From contig CAZETV010000001.1 in NCBI GenBank assembly GCA_964514965.1, positions 603,063 to 635,062 of the forward strand: 32,000 nucleotides of DNA, given 5' to 3'. The position numbers were made by a program, and so were the translations under genes. Positions 1 through 9,795 of this stretch are shown here, piece by piece. Numbering within the stretch: the first letter of the stretch is position 1; every line of letters begins with the position of its first letter. The stretch comes from Candidatus Hadarchaeota archaeon. GTDB taxonomy: Archaea > Hadarchaeota > Hadarchaeia > Hadarchaeales > Hadarchaeaceae. The notes under the pieces are model-generated. The model saw only the letters and a program-made list of their open reading frames with translations, searched no databases and was not told the DNA's origin.

Positions 1-105
1 GGCTTCGTGGTCTTTGTACCCAGCACCAATCCTGGGGATGAGGTAAAAGTTCGCATCACCGCGGTGCGACAAAGATTTGCGACAGCTGAAGTCGTTACAG
101 AGTGA
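1..105 (+). CDS. TRAM-domain protein, C-terminal fragment (5' end lies outside the window)
   Basis: Frame 1 reads [34 protein letters not shown], then TGA at 103-105. The pattern resembles the C-terminal strands of small archaeal TRAM proteins. Confidence 0.5.
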   Translation, partial: GFVVFVPSTNPGDEVKVRITAVRQRFATAEVVTE

Positions 106-126
106 ATCCATTACTCTCGACTTTAG

Positions 127-1191
<1,065 letters not shown>

Positions 1192-1214
1192 CTATCAAGA
1201 ATAAAGAAGTGTCA

Positions 1215-1257
1215 TTTTTTCACGGCTTTTCTACGAATCCGATATCCCTGAAAAAAA
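1215..1257. terminator. Convergent intergenic spacer with oligo-T tracts on both strands (archaeal-type intrinsic termination signals)
   Basis: T6 at 1215-1220 and T4 at 1227-1230 lie downstream of the kae1 stop. A7 at 1251-1257 is T7 on the minus strand, immediately after the TAG of the 1258-1698 gene. Confidence 0.35.
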
Positions 1258-1698
1258 CTAAAGCGATTCTCGCAAAAATTTCGCGACCAAGTCAACCGCA
1301 ACTTCTCGTTTGGCGGGGTAAGCCGCAACTTTCAATCTAAGATGTATAATATCGCCACCCTCGGTCAGCACGAGTTCACCCACATATGCTAGCTGTTTAT
1401 CGAACCTCAGGTGCAGATGGCAGGCCTTATCGATTCTGTCCGGTACGACCATAGCAATTTTTTCGAACTCTCCTCCACATAGCTTGGCTAAGATTCTTCG
1501 CCAGATTTCTTGAGTCTCCTTGCGCCCAATCTGAGCCTCAAAGCTCACGATTGGGTTTCCATGATGACCTTTAAGCCTCGAACGACGAACCTCAACCTCT
1601 TCTGGTAGCATAATTTTTAGTGCATCTAAAACTCGTTTTTCGGCCTCGGTGGCATGCGCAAAGGTGCTAACAACCGCACCCCTGAACGGAAATTTCAT
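1258..1698 (-). CDS. Conserved archaeal putative RNA-binding protein (COG1931/DUF54-like, so-called exosome-associated protein)
   Basis: 146-aa ORF immediately downstream of rpl15e with an 11-nt spacer, which is the usual archaeal neighbourhood for this family. The family call is from memory of that synteny plus the general sequence character. Confidence 0.5.
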   Translation of the reverse strand: MKFPFRGAVVSTFAHATEAEKRVLDALKIMLPEEVEVRRSRLKGHHGNPIVSFEAQIGRKETQEIWRRILAKLCGGEFEKIAMVVPDRIDKACHLHLRFDKQLAYVGELVLTEGGDIIHLRLKVAAYPAKREVAVDLVAKFLRESL

Positions 1699-1709
1699 CC
1701 ATAATCACT

Positions 1710-2267
1710 TTAGCCATGCCGACGTGCCCGAACGCTCGGCCTGACTTTCTCTGCACCCTTGCCCTTTTTGAGCAGTCCCCGCGACTTTCGCCCTGTTCTC
1801 GTCAAACCTCGGTAAACTCGCCCACTATGCTCTTTCTCAGCTACCCACTTTAACTGGGGGTCGCTCAAGATTGCAGGGTGGTTCGGGTCAAGCATAATAA
1901 CCTCAAAATATTCATGGGTGCCGTCAGGGCCGAGCGGGTAGGAGTTCAGAACCTCTAAATTAGGGTACTTCCGGGCTGCTCGCTCCTCTGCAATCAGTTG
2001 GATGCTCTTCTTAGGAACGAGCTTACTAACTCCCATACGCTTTGGTCGACGTCCACGCCATGGTCGCACCTTGCGTCTACCGCCTTTCCGCACTCGAGCT
2101 CGGACGACGATGATACCTTGCTTTGCCTTGTACCCAAGCGCACGAGCGCGATCTAGCCTAGTTGGGTGCTCAACACGCACTATCGCAGGCCCACGTCGCC
2201 ACTCACGCATTCGATTGCGCATGAGTTTGTTTAACTCTGCCGATTCATTTCTCAAGTACTTGTACAT
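1710..2267 (-). CDS. rpl15e: 50S ribosomal protein L15e
   Basis: MYKYLRNE...[44 protein letters not shown] is a typical eL15 sequence. ATG 2267 was chosen because GAGGTG lies 7 nt upstream; the longer ORF to 2294 overlaps the upstream gene. Confidence 0.92.
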   Translation of the reverse strand: MYKYLRNESAELNKLMRNRMREWRRGPAIVRVEHPTRLDRARALGYKAKQGIIVVRARVRKGGRRKVRPWRGRRPKRMGVSKLVPKKSIQLIAEERAARKYPNLEVLNSYPLGPDGTHEYFEVIMLDPNHPAILSDPQLKWVAEKEHSGRVYRGLTRTGRKSRGLLKKGKGAEKVRPSVRARRHG

Positions 2268-2277
2268 TGTAACACCT

Positions 2278-3189
2278 CTACTGAACAAGTACATCTTTTA
2301 TCTTTTGGGCTATAATCATCGCTGCATCTCGCTGCGCCTCGCGTGTTGAAGCTCCGAGGTGTGGCGTGAGCACGACATTCTGTAACTCAAGCAATGGGCT
2401 ATCCCGGGGCGGCTCCTGCCCGTAGACGTCCAAGCAGGCACCCGCGACTTTTTTGTTTTTCAAAGCTTCGACCAATGCCGCTTCATCAACGATTCCGCCA
2501 CGCGAGGTGTTTATCAACACTGCGGTCGGTTTCATGAGTTCGAGCTCACTTTTTCCAATCATGTGTTTGGTCTCCGATATAAGTGGTACGTGTAGAGTCA
2601 CGAAATCCGATTCTCGAAATAACGTTTTTAAATCGACGTATCTCGCTCCAGTCCGCTCGACAAACTCTTGATTCTTGATAATATCATATAAGAGCAACTC
2701 CATCAGAAATGCCTTTGCCCTGTAGCCAACCGCCCTACCTATCTTCCCCGTGCCCACTATGCCGAGCGTTTTACCCCTTAATTCAGTACCCATGAGTTGA
2801 GACTTCTCCCACCTTCCAGCTTTCGTGCTCAAGTCCGCGTGCGGGAAATGCCTTGCAAATGACAACATGTGCCCAAGCACGAGTTCCGCGACCGCGATGG
2901 TTGGGGCTTCTGGAGAGTTGAGTACCTTAATCCCCCGCTCTTCGGCGGCTTTGATATCTATATTATCAAGCCCTACCCCCGCTCGGGCGATTATCTTTAG
3001 CTCTTTACCCGCATCAATTACCTCTTTTGTTACCTTCGTCGCGCTTCGAACCACCAGCACATCATATCCCCCAACTTTCTCGAGTAGATCGGCCGGCTTC
3101 AGGCCAGTGGCCACCTCAACCTCTGCGAACTCGCATAGCGCCTCAAGGCCATCTTCGTGAATGCGGTCTGCAACCAATATTTTCGTCAT
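2278..3189 (-). CDS. D-isomer-specific 2-hydroxyacid dehydrogenase (D-3-phosphoglycerate dehydrogenase-like, no ACT domain)
   Basis: NAD-binding loop [13 protein letters not shown]. Catalytic region [10 protein letters not shown]...LTPHLGAST. The 303-aa length fits the short SerA/GyaR-type enzymes. Confidence 0.82.
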   Translation of the reverse strand: MTKILVADRIHEDGLEALCEFAEVEVATGLKPADLLEKVGGYDVLVVRSATKVTKEVIDAGKELKIIARAGVGLDNIDIKAAEERGIKVLNSPEAPTIAVAELVLGHMLSFARHFPHADLSTKAGRWEKSQLMGTELRGKTLGIVGTGKIGRAVGYRAKAFLMELLLYDIIKNQEFVERTGARYVDLKTLFRESDFVTLHVPLISETKHMIGKSELELMKPTAVLINTSRGGIVDEAALVEALKNKKVAGACLDVYGQEPPRDSPLLELQNVVLTPHLGASTREAQRDAAMIIAQKIKDVLVQ

Positions 3190-3251
3190 GCCACTTACCC
3201 CATATGCTCGAAGAAATTAAGTGAAACTGACTTATATCTGCGCGGGTTGCT

Positions 3252-4679
3252 TCATCCACCAGTGAGTTGTCGGACAGTCTCCCTGAGACTAGTTCTGGAT
3301 TTGAGGTTAGCCAAAAAAATCTTCATGCGATACTTGCTTTGCACAGTCTTCAGGATTTGTGGAACCCAAAAAGTCGGTCGTTTGATGAACTTTGCATAGA
3401 AGCGGTCAATCATCCTGCAGAGTTCCTCTTCTTTCAAATGTGATGGAAAAACGTTTATTGCGGTAACCGCATCCTCCCAATACTTCTCTTCCTCAAGGTA
3501 GCCCTCGCGCACTGCCATGTCCCATAGGTCCATTCCTGGCGAAAGCATGAGGACATTCATCTGCGGGAAATCCATACCTTTCAAGTTTAGGGCGAAATCT
3601 AAAGTCTGCTGGACATCTTCCCTAGTTTCGATAGGGGCTCCAACGATAAATGAGCCTATGATGTTTTCAATGCCAGCTTCCTTACAGTTACGCATGGCTT
3701 TTCGGCTGAGTTCCGGCGAGATATTTTTCCCATAATAGTCCAAGACTTTCTGGTTGCCGCTCTCGACTCCGAAATAAATCGTCTTGCAACCAACACGCGC
3801 GAACTTGTGCAGCACCTCGCGCGATGCATTATCAACCCTCCCTTCTGCCCAAAGAGTGAGCTTGATCCCATTCTCTTTTAACAGATCACAAATTTTTTCC
3901 ATTCTATTTCGGTCCAGGAGCAAATTGTCATCAACGAATCCAATTTCTTCGTAACCCTCCATCTGCAACTGCCCCATCTCAGCTACCACCGATTTTGGAG
4001 ATCTAAACCTAGCTTTCCGCAAAGAGAAGGACGAGCAAGCGCAATATCTGCAGTTGTAGGGGCAGCCTCTTGACGTCAACACGGTGGTGAACTTTCCGCT
4101 ACTACCCAGCATCCCAACCACCTCGGAGTGATACTCCTGCTCCAACAAAGTTCGGTCAGGAAGAGGCAGTTCGTCGAGATTTTGGATGAATGGTCTCGGT
4201 GGCGTTTTGACCACCCCACCATCTTGTCTGAAAGCGATTCCTTTAATTTTCTTTATCCCCTCTTCTCTCTCTAGAGCGTTAACAAGCTCCAAAAAGATTT
4301 GTTCGCCCTCGCCTAGCACGACGTAGTCAACGAAAGGGTACTTCGTTAGTAGTCTCTTATAGGTAAAAGTGGCGTGATAGTTCCCAAAAATTATTTTTAA
4401 ATCTGGGAGTTCAGCCTTTACGGCGTTCGCTATTTTTATGCCTTGCTTGAAGGTCGGAGTGAGAGTACTCACTCCAAGCACTCCCGGATTCTCCCGTTTG
4501 ACCCGTTCGACGATTTTCTCGATCGGCAGCTGGATTCGTGCGTTATCGATGACTTTGATTTCATGCCCAAATTTTTCTAGTACAGCCCCCAAGTAAAGCA
4601 GACCCAGCGGGGGCCAAGCCGCCTCGTTCTCTATACGTTCAGCTCGTCCGGTGTTTGGATTAATGAGGACGATTTTCAA
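3252..4679 (-). CDS. B12-binding-domain radical SAM protein (class B rSAM), substrate unknown
   Basis: The N-terminal Rossmann-like region (MKIVLINPN...LGLLYLGAVLEKFGHEIKVID) is typical of the cobalamin-binding domain. The radical SAM cluster motif is SRGCPYNCRYCAC. A GVESG motif lies downstream. Confidence 0.8.
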   Translation of the reverse strand: MKIVLINPNTGRAERIENEAAWPPLGLLYLGAVLEKFGHEIKVIDNARIQLPIEKIVERVKRENPGVLGVSTLTPTFKQGIKIANAVKAELPDLKIIFGNYHATFTYKRLLTKYPFVDYVVLGEGEQIFLELVNALEREEGIKKIKGIAFRQDGGVVKTPPRPFIQNLDELPLPDRTLLEQEYHSEVVGMLGSSGKFTTVLTSRGCPYNCRYCACSSFSLRKARFRSPKSVVAEMGQLQMEGYEEIGFVDDNLLLDRNRMEKICDLLKENGIKLTLWAEGRVDNASREVLHKFARVGCKTIYFGVESGNQKVLDYYGKNISPELSRKAMRNCKEAGIENIIGSFIVGAPIETREDVQQTLDFALNLKGMDFPQMNVLMLSPGMDLWDMAVREGYLEEEKYWEDAVTAINVFPSHLKEEELCRMIDRFYAKFIKRPTFWVPQILKTVQSKYRMKIFLANLKSRTSLRETVRQLTGG

Positions 4680-4683
4680 CGAT

Positions 4684-5886
4684 TCACCTTCCCTTAGCCG
4701 CGACTATCCTAATCACATCTCTATCCTTGAGCTCATAATCCTCACCCAGTCTTCGCTTCGTTCGAGCATCTATCGCGTGAATGAAAGATTCCCCGAGGTC
4801 GGTGTGAATTACATAAGCAAACTCTCGGGCCTTAGTACCTTTCGGGACAAGGTATGTGTCAGGTAACACGTTACCCTTTTTGTCCGTGAGCTTGTGCTCA
4901 TCGTCAACAGGGTAAACCACGATTAGATTTAGCAGTTCATAGATTGCCCTGTCTACCACCTGTTGGACGCCCGTCGAGCCCCACTTTTTCAACAAAGCAT
5001 GAGTAATCTCGATTGCCTTTTTCTGCTTTTCGTTTAGTTCCTCTGGCTTGAGAACCTCGAAATCGTCGCCGCCCGGTTCGTAGCGCATAATCCCCTTCTC
5101 GCTTCCGCGCCTCAGAATGAGCTCGGCCTCAGAGCAAGTTGGAACTACGATACATCCCCGCTGACGCAAACGCTCGATATTCAGCTCGGCCGTCGGTACA
5201 TCGGCTTTGTTCGCGGCGATCAAAATTGGCTTACTCACTTTCCGAACTTCTGCCACAAATCGGAGCAAGTCCTCATCCGTCCATTTTTCTGGGTTCGATT
5301 GGTCAATGCCTGTCTGCTGAAACGCTTGTGCAATATGATTTTCTTTTATCCCCAGCCCGCTCAGGCGCCCGGCTATCTCCTTAACTAAGTCGAGTTCCTC
5401 GTACTTCGCCCTGCGCGCAAACTTCGACCAATCTTTCACGAGCAGGCTCCGCAGCCATGCCGCGATTTCAACTTCGAGGAAATCTATATCTTGAACAGGA
5501 TCGTGGGTACTTGGCGGGCAGGATTTACCTTCAGCGTCAGTTGCTCCGGCTGCGTCGATAATATGAATTAATGCAGCTGCCATTCGAAGGTTGTCGAGAA
5601 AGCGATTGCCCAATCCCCGCCCCATGTAGGCCCCTTCTACCAAACCAGCGACATCGATTATCCGGATAGGCACGTACCGAACCCCGCCAACACACTTCGA
5701 ATTTTGGGGGGCACAATTCACCTTGAACTCGCGGCAGGGGCACGGGCTTCGCACGTAGGTGACGCCAACATTAGCATTGATTGTTGTAAATGGGTAACCT
5801 GCCACTGGAGCATCCGCAAGCGTTACAGCGTTAAAAAAGGTGGTCTTGCCTGTATTTGGTTTACCTACGAGTCCCAATTCAAGCAT
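4684..5886 (-). CDS. Obg-family P-loop GTPase/ATPase, YchF/OLA1-like, with C-terminal TGS-like domain
   Basis: G1 GLVGKPNTGKTTFFNA, G3 DVAGLV, G4 AANKAD, C-terminal ...DRDVIRIV. ATG 5886 is preferred because it leaves 8 nt after the upstream stop; the ORF extends to 5907. Confidence 0.8.
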   Translation of the reverse strand: MLELGLVGKPNTGKTTFFNAVTLADAPVAGYPFTTINANVGVTYVRSPCPCREFKVNCAPQNSKCVGGVRYVPIRIIDVAGLVEGAYMGRGLGNRFLDNLRMAAALIHIIDAAGATDAEGKSCPPSTHDPVQDIDFLEVEIAAWLRSLLVKDWSKFARRAKYEELDLVKEIAGRLSGLGIKENHIAQAFQQTGIDQSNPEKWTDEDLLRFVAEVRKVSKPILIAANKADVPTAELNIERLRQRGCIVVPTCSEAELILRRGSEKGIMRYEPGGDDFEVLKPEELNEKQKKAIEITHALLKKWGSTGVQQVVDRAIYELLNLIVVYPVDDEHKLTDKKGNVLPDTYLVPKGTKAREFAYVIHTDLGESFIHAIDARTKRRLGEDYELKDRDVIRIVAAKGR

Positions 5887-5894
5887 GCTCAACC

Positions 5895-6230
5895 CTACTC
5901 GTCGCACCAGTAGCAGCCAGACTTCCTTCGCTTGCCGAAGCTCTGTAGCCCACGCTCGGCCAGCTGGGCGCGCAAATGCCGTGCATAACTCGACTCGATT
6001 TTTCTGTTCTTTTCAAGAAAGTTTATTATCTCGAGCGCTTGGTCATTATTTTCGCAGCGCCTGATGAAATCTACGGCGGTGGGCTCATAACCATTCAAGC
6101 TGTGCGATATCTTCTCAGCCTCTTTCACATTCGTTCGAACAGCTTGGATTTTGACTGTTCCGGCCCCGCCTAACTCTCCAGCTAAATTCGGATATTTCCT
6201 TCGGAACCCTTTGCGGTTGTACTCACTCAT
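5895..6230 (-). CDS. Small conserved archaeal protein, DUF2095-like (function unknown)
   Basis: MSEYNRKGFRRKYPNLAGEL...ALEIINFLEKNRKIESSYARHLRAQLAERGLQSFGKRRKSGCYW resembles my recollection of DUF2095. The gene is tightly packed between the GlmU-like and YchF-like genes. Confidence 0.4.
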   Translation of the reverse strand: MSEYNRKGFRRKYPNLAGELGGAGTVKIQAVRTNVKEAEKISHSLNGYEPTAVDFIRRCENNDQALEIINFLEKNRKIESSYARHLRAQLAERGLQSFGKRRKSGCYWCDE

Positions 6231-6238
6231 ATTTAAAC

Positions 6239-7522
6239 CTACTCTGGTTTCCATTCCTTCTTCTTAACAATAGGTTTCGCGTATACCATCATATTCGGCG
6301 GAACATCCTTGTAAACGACCACTCCGGGTCCAACAGCAGAATCCGGACCGATTTTCACGCCGACGTTTATCGTACAGTTGATGCCAGTTTTTACATTGTC
6401 GGCAATTATCGTTCCCAGCTTCCGCCTACCGCTGCTAACCACCTTACCGCCGACTTCCATCTTAATAGGCTTCTCGTCCAAACGCAGATTCGCAATTGTT
6501 GTTCCCGCTCCTAGGTTGCAGTGACTCCCGATAACGCTGTCACCCGCGTACGAGAGATGCCCGATGTGTGTGTAATCCATGACGATACTGTTCTTTACCT
6601 CGACCGCGTTGCCAATCCTTACTTTGTCGCCTATACTCGTGCACGGCCTTATGAAACAATTTGGCCCGATGTCACAATTCTTGCCGATATAGGTTGGCCC
6701 CAAGATGTAGGAGCCCGAACGAATTCGCGAACCCTCTCCGATGTAAACGTTACCGCCTATATAAGCGCCCTCTTCAACCTCGCCGTGTATTTCACCGCGC
6801 TGTCCTCGCAAGAAATAATCGTTCGCCACCAACAAATCCCAAGGCCTGCCGATGTCAGCCCATAAATTTAGTGGTGAAGTATAGATTGATTTACCACTGT
6901 TAATCAAAATTTGCATCGAGGTTGTTAGCTCGTACTCTTCTCGCTTGGATTTCTTCGTTTTCTCAATTGCATCAAAAAGTGTGTAATTGAAGATGTATAT
7001 ACCTGCGTTAGCCAACCTGCTCTTGACCCGCTTCGGCTTCTCAACTATTTCACTAACTTTTTCCCCTTTCAGAAAAACTATCCCGAATTGTTCGGGTTTA
7101 TCAACCTCGATTATCGCCATGATTCCACCAAAATTTTTGCTTGCCTTCTTTTTTTCGTAGCTTTTCATGAAAGCATTGAGCGACTCTTGGTCAATCAAGG
7201 TGTCGCCATTCATCACGATAAAACTCTCTCCACTCACGAAATCCTTAGCAAGCGAAACGGCGTTCGCGGTGCCGAGCAACTTCTTTTGATGTAAGTACTT
7301 GAGTTTCACTCCAAGCTCTGAACCATCGCCGTAGCGCTCGACTATTTGTTCTCGCCCGTAACCTACAATCATGGCGATTTCGTCGATACCGGCGTTTTTC
7401 AGGAGCAACAGCACATGATCGAGAGCCGGTTTACCCGCCACTGGGAGCAAGAATTTTGGCTTCGTGAACGTGAGCGGGCGCATTCTAGTTCCAAGCCCCG
7501 CTGCAAGAACGACCGCTTTCAC
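6239..7522 (-). CDS. Bifunctional sugar-1-phosphate nucleotidylyltransferase/acetyltransferase (archaeal GlmU-like)
   Basis: N-terminal MKAVVLAAGLGTRMRPLT...KPKFLLPV is the nucleotidyltransferase signature. The C-terminal half is a run of hexapeptide (left-handed beta-helix) repeats, for example IGKNCDIGPNCFIRPCTSIGDKVRIGNAVEVKNS. Confidence 0.82.
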   Translation of the reverse strand: MKAVVLAAGLGTRMRPLTFTKPKFLLPVAGKPALDHVLLLLKNAGIDEIAMIVGYGREQIVERYGDGSELGVKLKYLHQKKLLGTANAVSLAKDFVSGESFIVMNGDTLIDQESLNAFMKSYEKKKASKNFGGIMAIIEVDKPEQFGIVFLKGEKVSEIVEKPKRVKSRLANAGIYIFNYTLFDAIEKTKKSKREEYELTTSMQILINSGKSIYTSPLNLWADIGRPWDLLVANDYFLRGQRGEIHGEVEEGAYIGGNVYIGEGSRIRSGSYILGPTYIGKNCDIGPNCFIRPCTSIGDKVRIGNAVEVKNSIVMDYTHIGHLSYAGDSVIGSHCNLGAGTTIANLRLDEKPIKMEVGGKVVSSGRRKLGTIIADNVKTGINCTINVGVKIGPDSAVGPGVVVYKDVPPNMMVYAKPIVKKKEWKPE

Positions 7523-7697
7523 CGCTCATCCCAAATGTTAGTTGATGTTAGGCTAATAAAAACATGGTAAAGCTACTCATCAACAATAATTCACGGCCGT
7601 ACACTTTCCATCGTGGCTTTGAGAAACTTTTTCAGGACAGTGTATAGTAACAAAATGGTCTTTTTCAAGTAAACTTAACGATAAAGATAATTAAAAA

Positions 7698-9053
7698 TTA
7701 GTCTCGCATGGCATCGCTCAATATTTTTACCGCTTTTTTAGCGATTTCCTCCGCTCGCGACGAGGTCTTTCCTTCCACGGTCACGCGAATGTACGGCTCG
7801 GTACCTGAAGGCCTGACGAGTACCCAACCGCTCTCAAACTCAAGTCTGATACCATCTATAGTGAGAATTTTCTTGACATCAAGAAACTCTCGCTTTGCGT
7901 GAATCTTGAATTTTTTCATTGCGTACGCTTTTTTCTCGTTCGGGCATTCCACCTTTTTCCTCACGGTCGGATACTCCGGCAACATGTCAAGCAATTCTGA
8001 AAGTTTCCTACCAGTTGAATCGAGTAGTTCCAAAATTTTAATCGTCGCGAGAGGCCCGTCTGGCGCAAGGTGAACGCGGGGGAAAATCCATGCACTGCTG
8101 GGCTCCCCGCCGAAGACTGCTTCGTGTTTTTTAATTGCTGCGGCCACGCTGACATCGCCAACACGCGTGCGCAGTACCTTACCGCCCCGATCAGCAACGC
8201 AATCATCAACGACACTTGAAGCATCAACTGTTGTTACCACTACTTCCTTCTCTCGCCTGATTTGATGGGCCGAGATTAACCCTAAGAGCTTGTCGGACTG
8301 GGCAACCCTGCCAAGCTCGTCAACAGCAACGGCTCGGTCCGCATCACCATCATGTGCGATGCCGAGGTCTGCGTCGATTGATTTCACCACGTTGCAGAGC
8401 TCCCCCAAATTCTCGGGTGAGGGCTCGAGCCCGCGACCGGGGAAGAAGCCGTCTAGTTGCGAATTCAACGTCACCACTTTGCAACCCAACTTTCTAAGCA
8501 AGTAAGGAGTCACCACGGAGCCCGCTCCATTGCCGCAGTCAACCACGACTTTGTAGCTCCGCTTTAGCTTGACGGTGCCTAAAATCTCGTCGATGTAGCC
8601 CGGCAGAACATCAATCTTCTCAACTTTGCCTATTCGATCCCAAGCGGAAGGCTTCATCTGCTTGCCGAAGTAAATTCGTTCGATCGCTTCTTCCTGTTCG
8701 GGGGTGTAAGCCATCCCATCACCGCCCCAGAACTTGATCCCGTTGTACTCGGGCGGGTTGTGCGAAGCGGTGACCATAACACCGGCTTTAGCTCTAAACT
8801 GCCGCACCGCGAAGCTCACGGCAGGAGTTGGGACTACACCCAATTTTATAACATCACAACCCCCAGAAAGTAGCCCCGATGTTAAGCAGCTCTCAATCAT
8901 GTCACTGGAAGTGCGGGGGTCTTTGCCAAGGGCGACTCTGCCCTCGCCCCTGAGGTATGTTACAAGCGCTAGACCGAGATCGAGCGCAAGCTCAGGAGTA
9001 ATTTGGTTTCCCACCATGCCTCGAACGCCAGAGGTACCGAAAAGCTTGCGCAT
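7698..9053 (-). CDS. glmM: Phosphoglucosamine mutase / phosphohexomutase
   Basis: MRKLFGTSGVRG. Active-site Ser loop TASHNPPEYNGIKF. Metal loop AHDGDADRAV. Sugar loop GGEPSS. Phosphate-binding RPSGTEP. Confidence 0.87.
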   Translation of the reverse strand: MRKLFGTSGVRGMVGNQITPELALDLGLALVTYLRGEGRVALGKDPRTSSDMIESCLTSGLLSGGCDVIKLGVVPTPAVSFAVRQFRAKAGVMVTASHNPPEYNGIKFWGGDGMAYTPEQEEAIERIYFGKQMKPSAWDRIGKVEKIDVLPGYIDEILGTVKLKRSYKVVVDCGNGAGSVVTPYLLRKLGCKVVTLNSQLDGFFPGRGLEPSPENLGELCNVVKSIDADLGIAHDGDADRAVAVDELGRVAQSDKLLGLISAHQIRREKEVVVTTVDASSVVDDCVADRGGKVLRTRVGDVSVAAAIKKHEAVFGGEPSSAWIFPRVHLAPDGPLATIKILELLDSTGRKLSELLDMLPEYPTVRKKVECPNEKKAYAMKKFKIHAKREFLDVKKILTIDGIRLEFESGWVLVRPSGTEPYIRVTVEGKTSSRAEEIAKKAVKILSDAMRD

Positions 9054-9065
9054 GAAAACCGACTA

Positions 9066-9650
9066 CTACGATGGCTCGGACAAAACCTTCGTTTTCCAAA
9101 CCTCGACTCGCTTAACAGGACAGTATTTCTTTGCTTCTTTATAGATGTCGGCAGAGAGCTTCCCAAGCACGACTTCCTGCACGAATTGGTCGAACGTCCG
9201 CTCCCCAGCTCGGTCTTGAACAACCTTCCGCATATCCCTACGTATTGCTTCGAGCTGCGAACTCTGGACACGACGAAGTGTTGTTATAATCGAGCTAACT
9301 CTAAGCCTGTAACCGTCTTGGGTCGCCACAGTTGAAATATCACTGATGCGCGTCGCCCGCCTGCGAATCTGGCTCCGGATGTAATCGCGAGCCATATCGT
9401 GGCTTATGAAACTGGTGAGCGCGCGGCCCTCCTCAACACCCTTCACTTGGAAGTATAGTTTGATGTGAGACTTCGAGAAGTCCTCGATGAGGTCGCCCAG
9501 CGTAGTCTCAAATATCCGCCCGATAAGCTGACTCGAGTCGGAGGCGAGAGTTTCACCTATCTTTGCGTTGCCGAACATAGGGGGGGCGATGATGTCGTAC
9601 CACCCTTTCTCCCGCCAAGACTTCTTTACGACCCGTTTCTTTTCTTCCAT
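9066..9650 (-). CDS. rps3ae: 30S ribosomal protein S3Ae (eS1)
   Basis: KKSWREKGWYDIIAPPMFG...IGRIFETTLGDL... is a typical eS1 N-terminus. 194 aa. Confidence 0.9.
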   Translation of the reverse strand: MEEKKRVVKKSWREKGWYDIIAPPMFGNAKIGETLASDSSQLIGRIFETTLGDLIEDFSKSHIKLYFQVKGVEEGRALTSFISHDMARDYIRSQIRRRATRISDISTVATQDGYRLRVSSIITTLRRVQSSQLEAIRRDMRKVVQDRAGERTFDQFVQEVVLGKLSADIYKEAKKYCPVKRVEVWKTKVLSEPS

Positions 9651-9795
9651 AATCCCACCTATTGTTTATGAACTGTTTTCAGTGCCTTTCTCTCTTAATG
9701 AACTTAAATAGTTAGTTTTCAAAAAATTTTTGCTAAAATGGATGTTTACAAAGATTTTTAGATGAGGAACAAAATTTATTCGGTGAGGTTTGGCG

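Noticed and set aside
7523-7697. 175-nt spacer between glmM and the GlmU-like gene containing a TTGATG...CATCAA inverted repeat, considered as a riboswitch or ncRNA.
   Set aside because: The stem is only 6-7 bp with a loop of about 30 nt. The region is AT-rich, like other promoter spacers here, and I recognised no conserved riboswitch core, including nothing resembling a glmS ribozyme.
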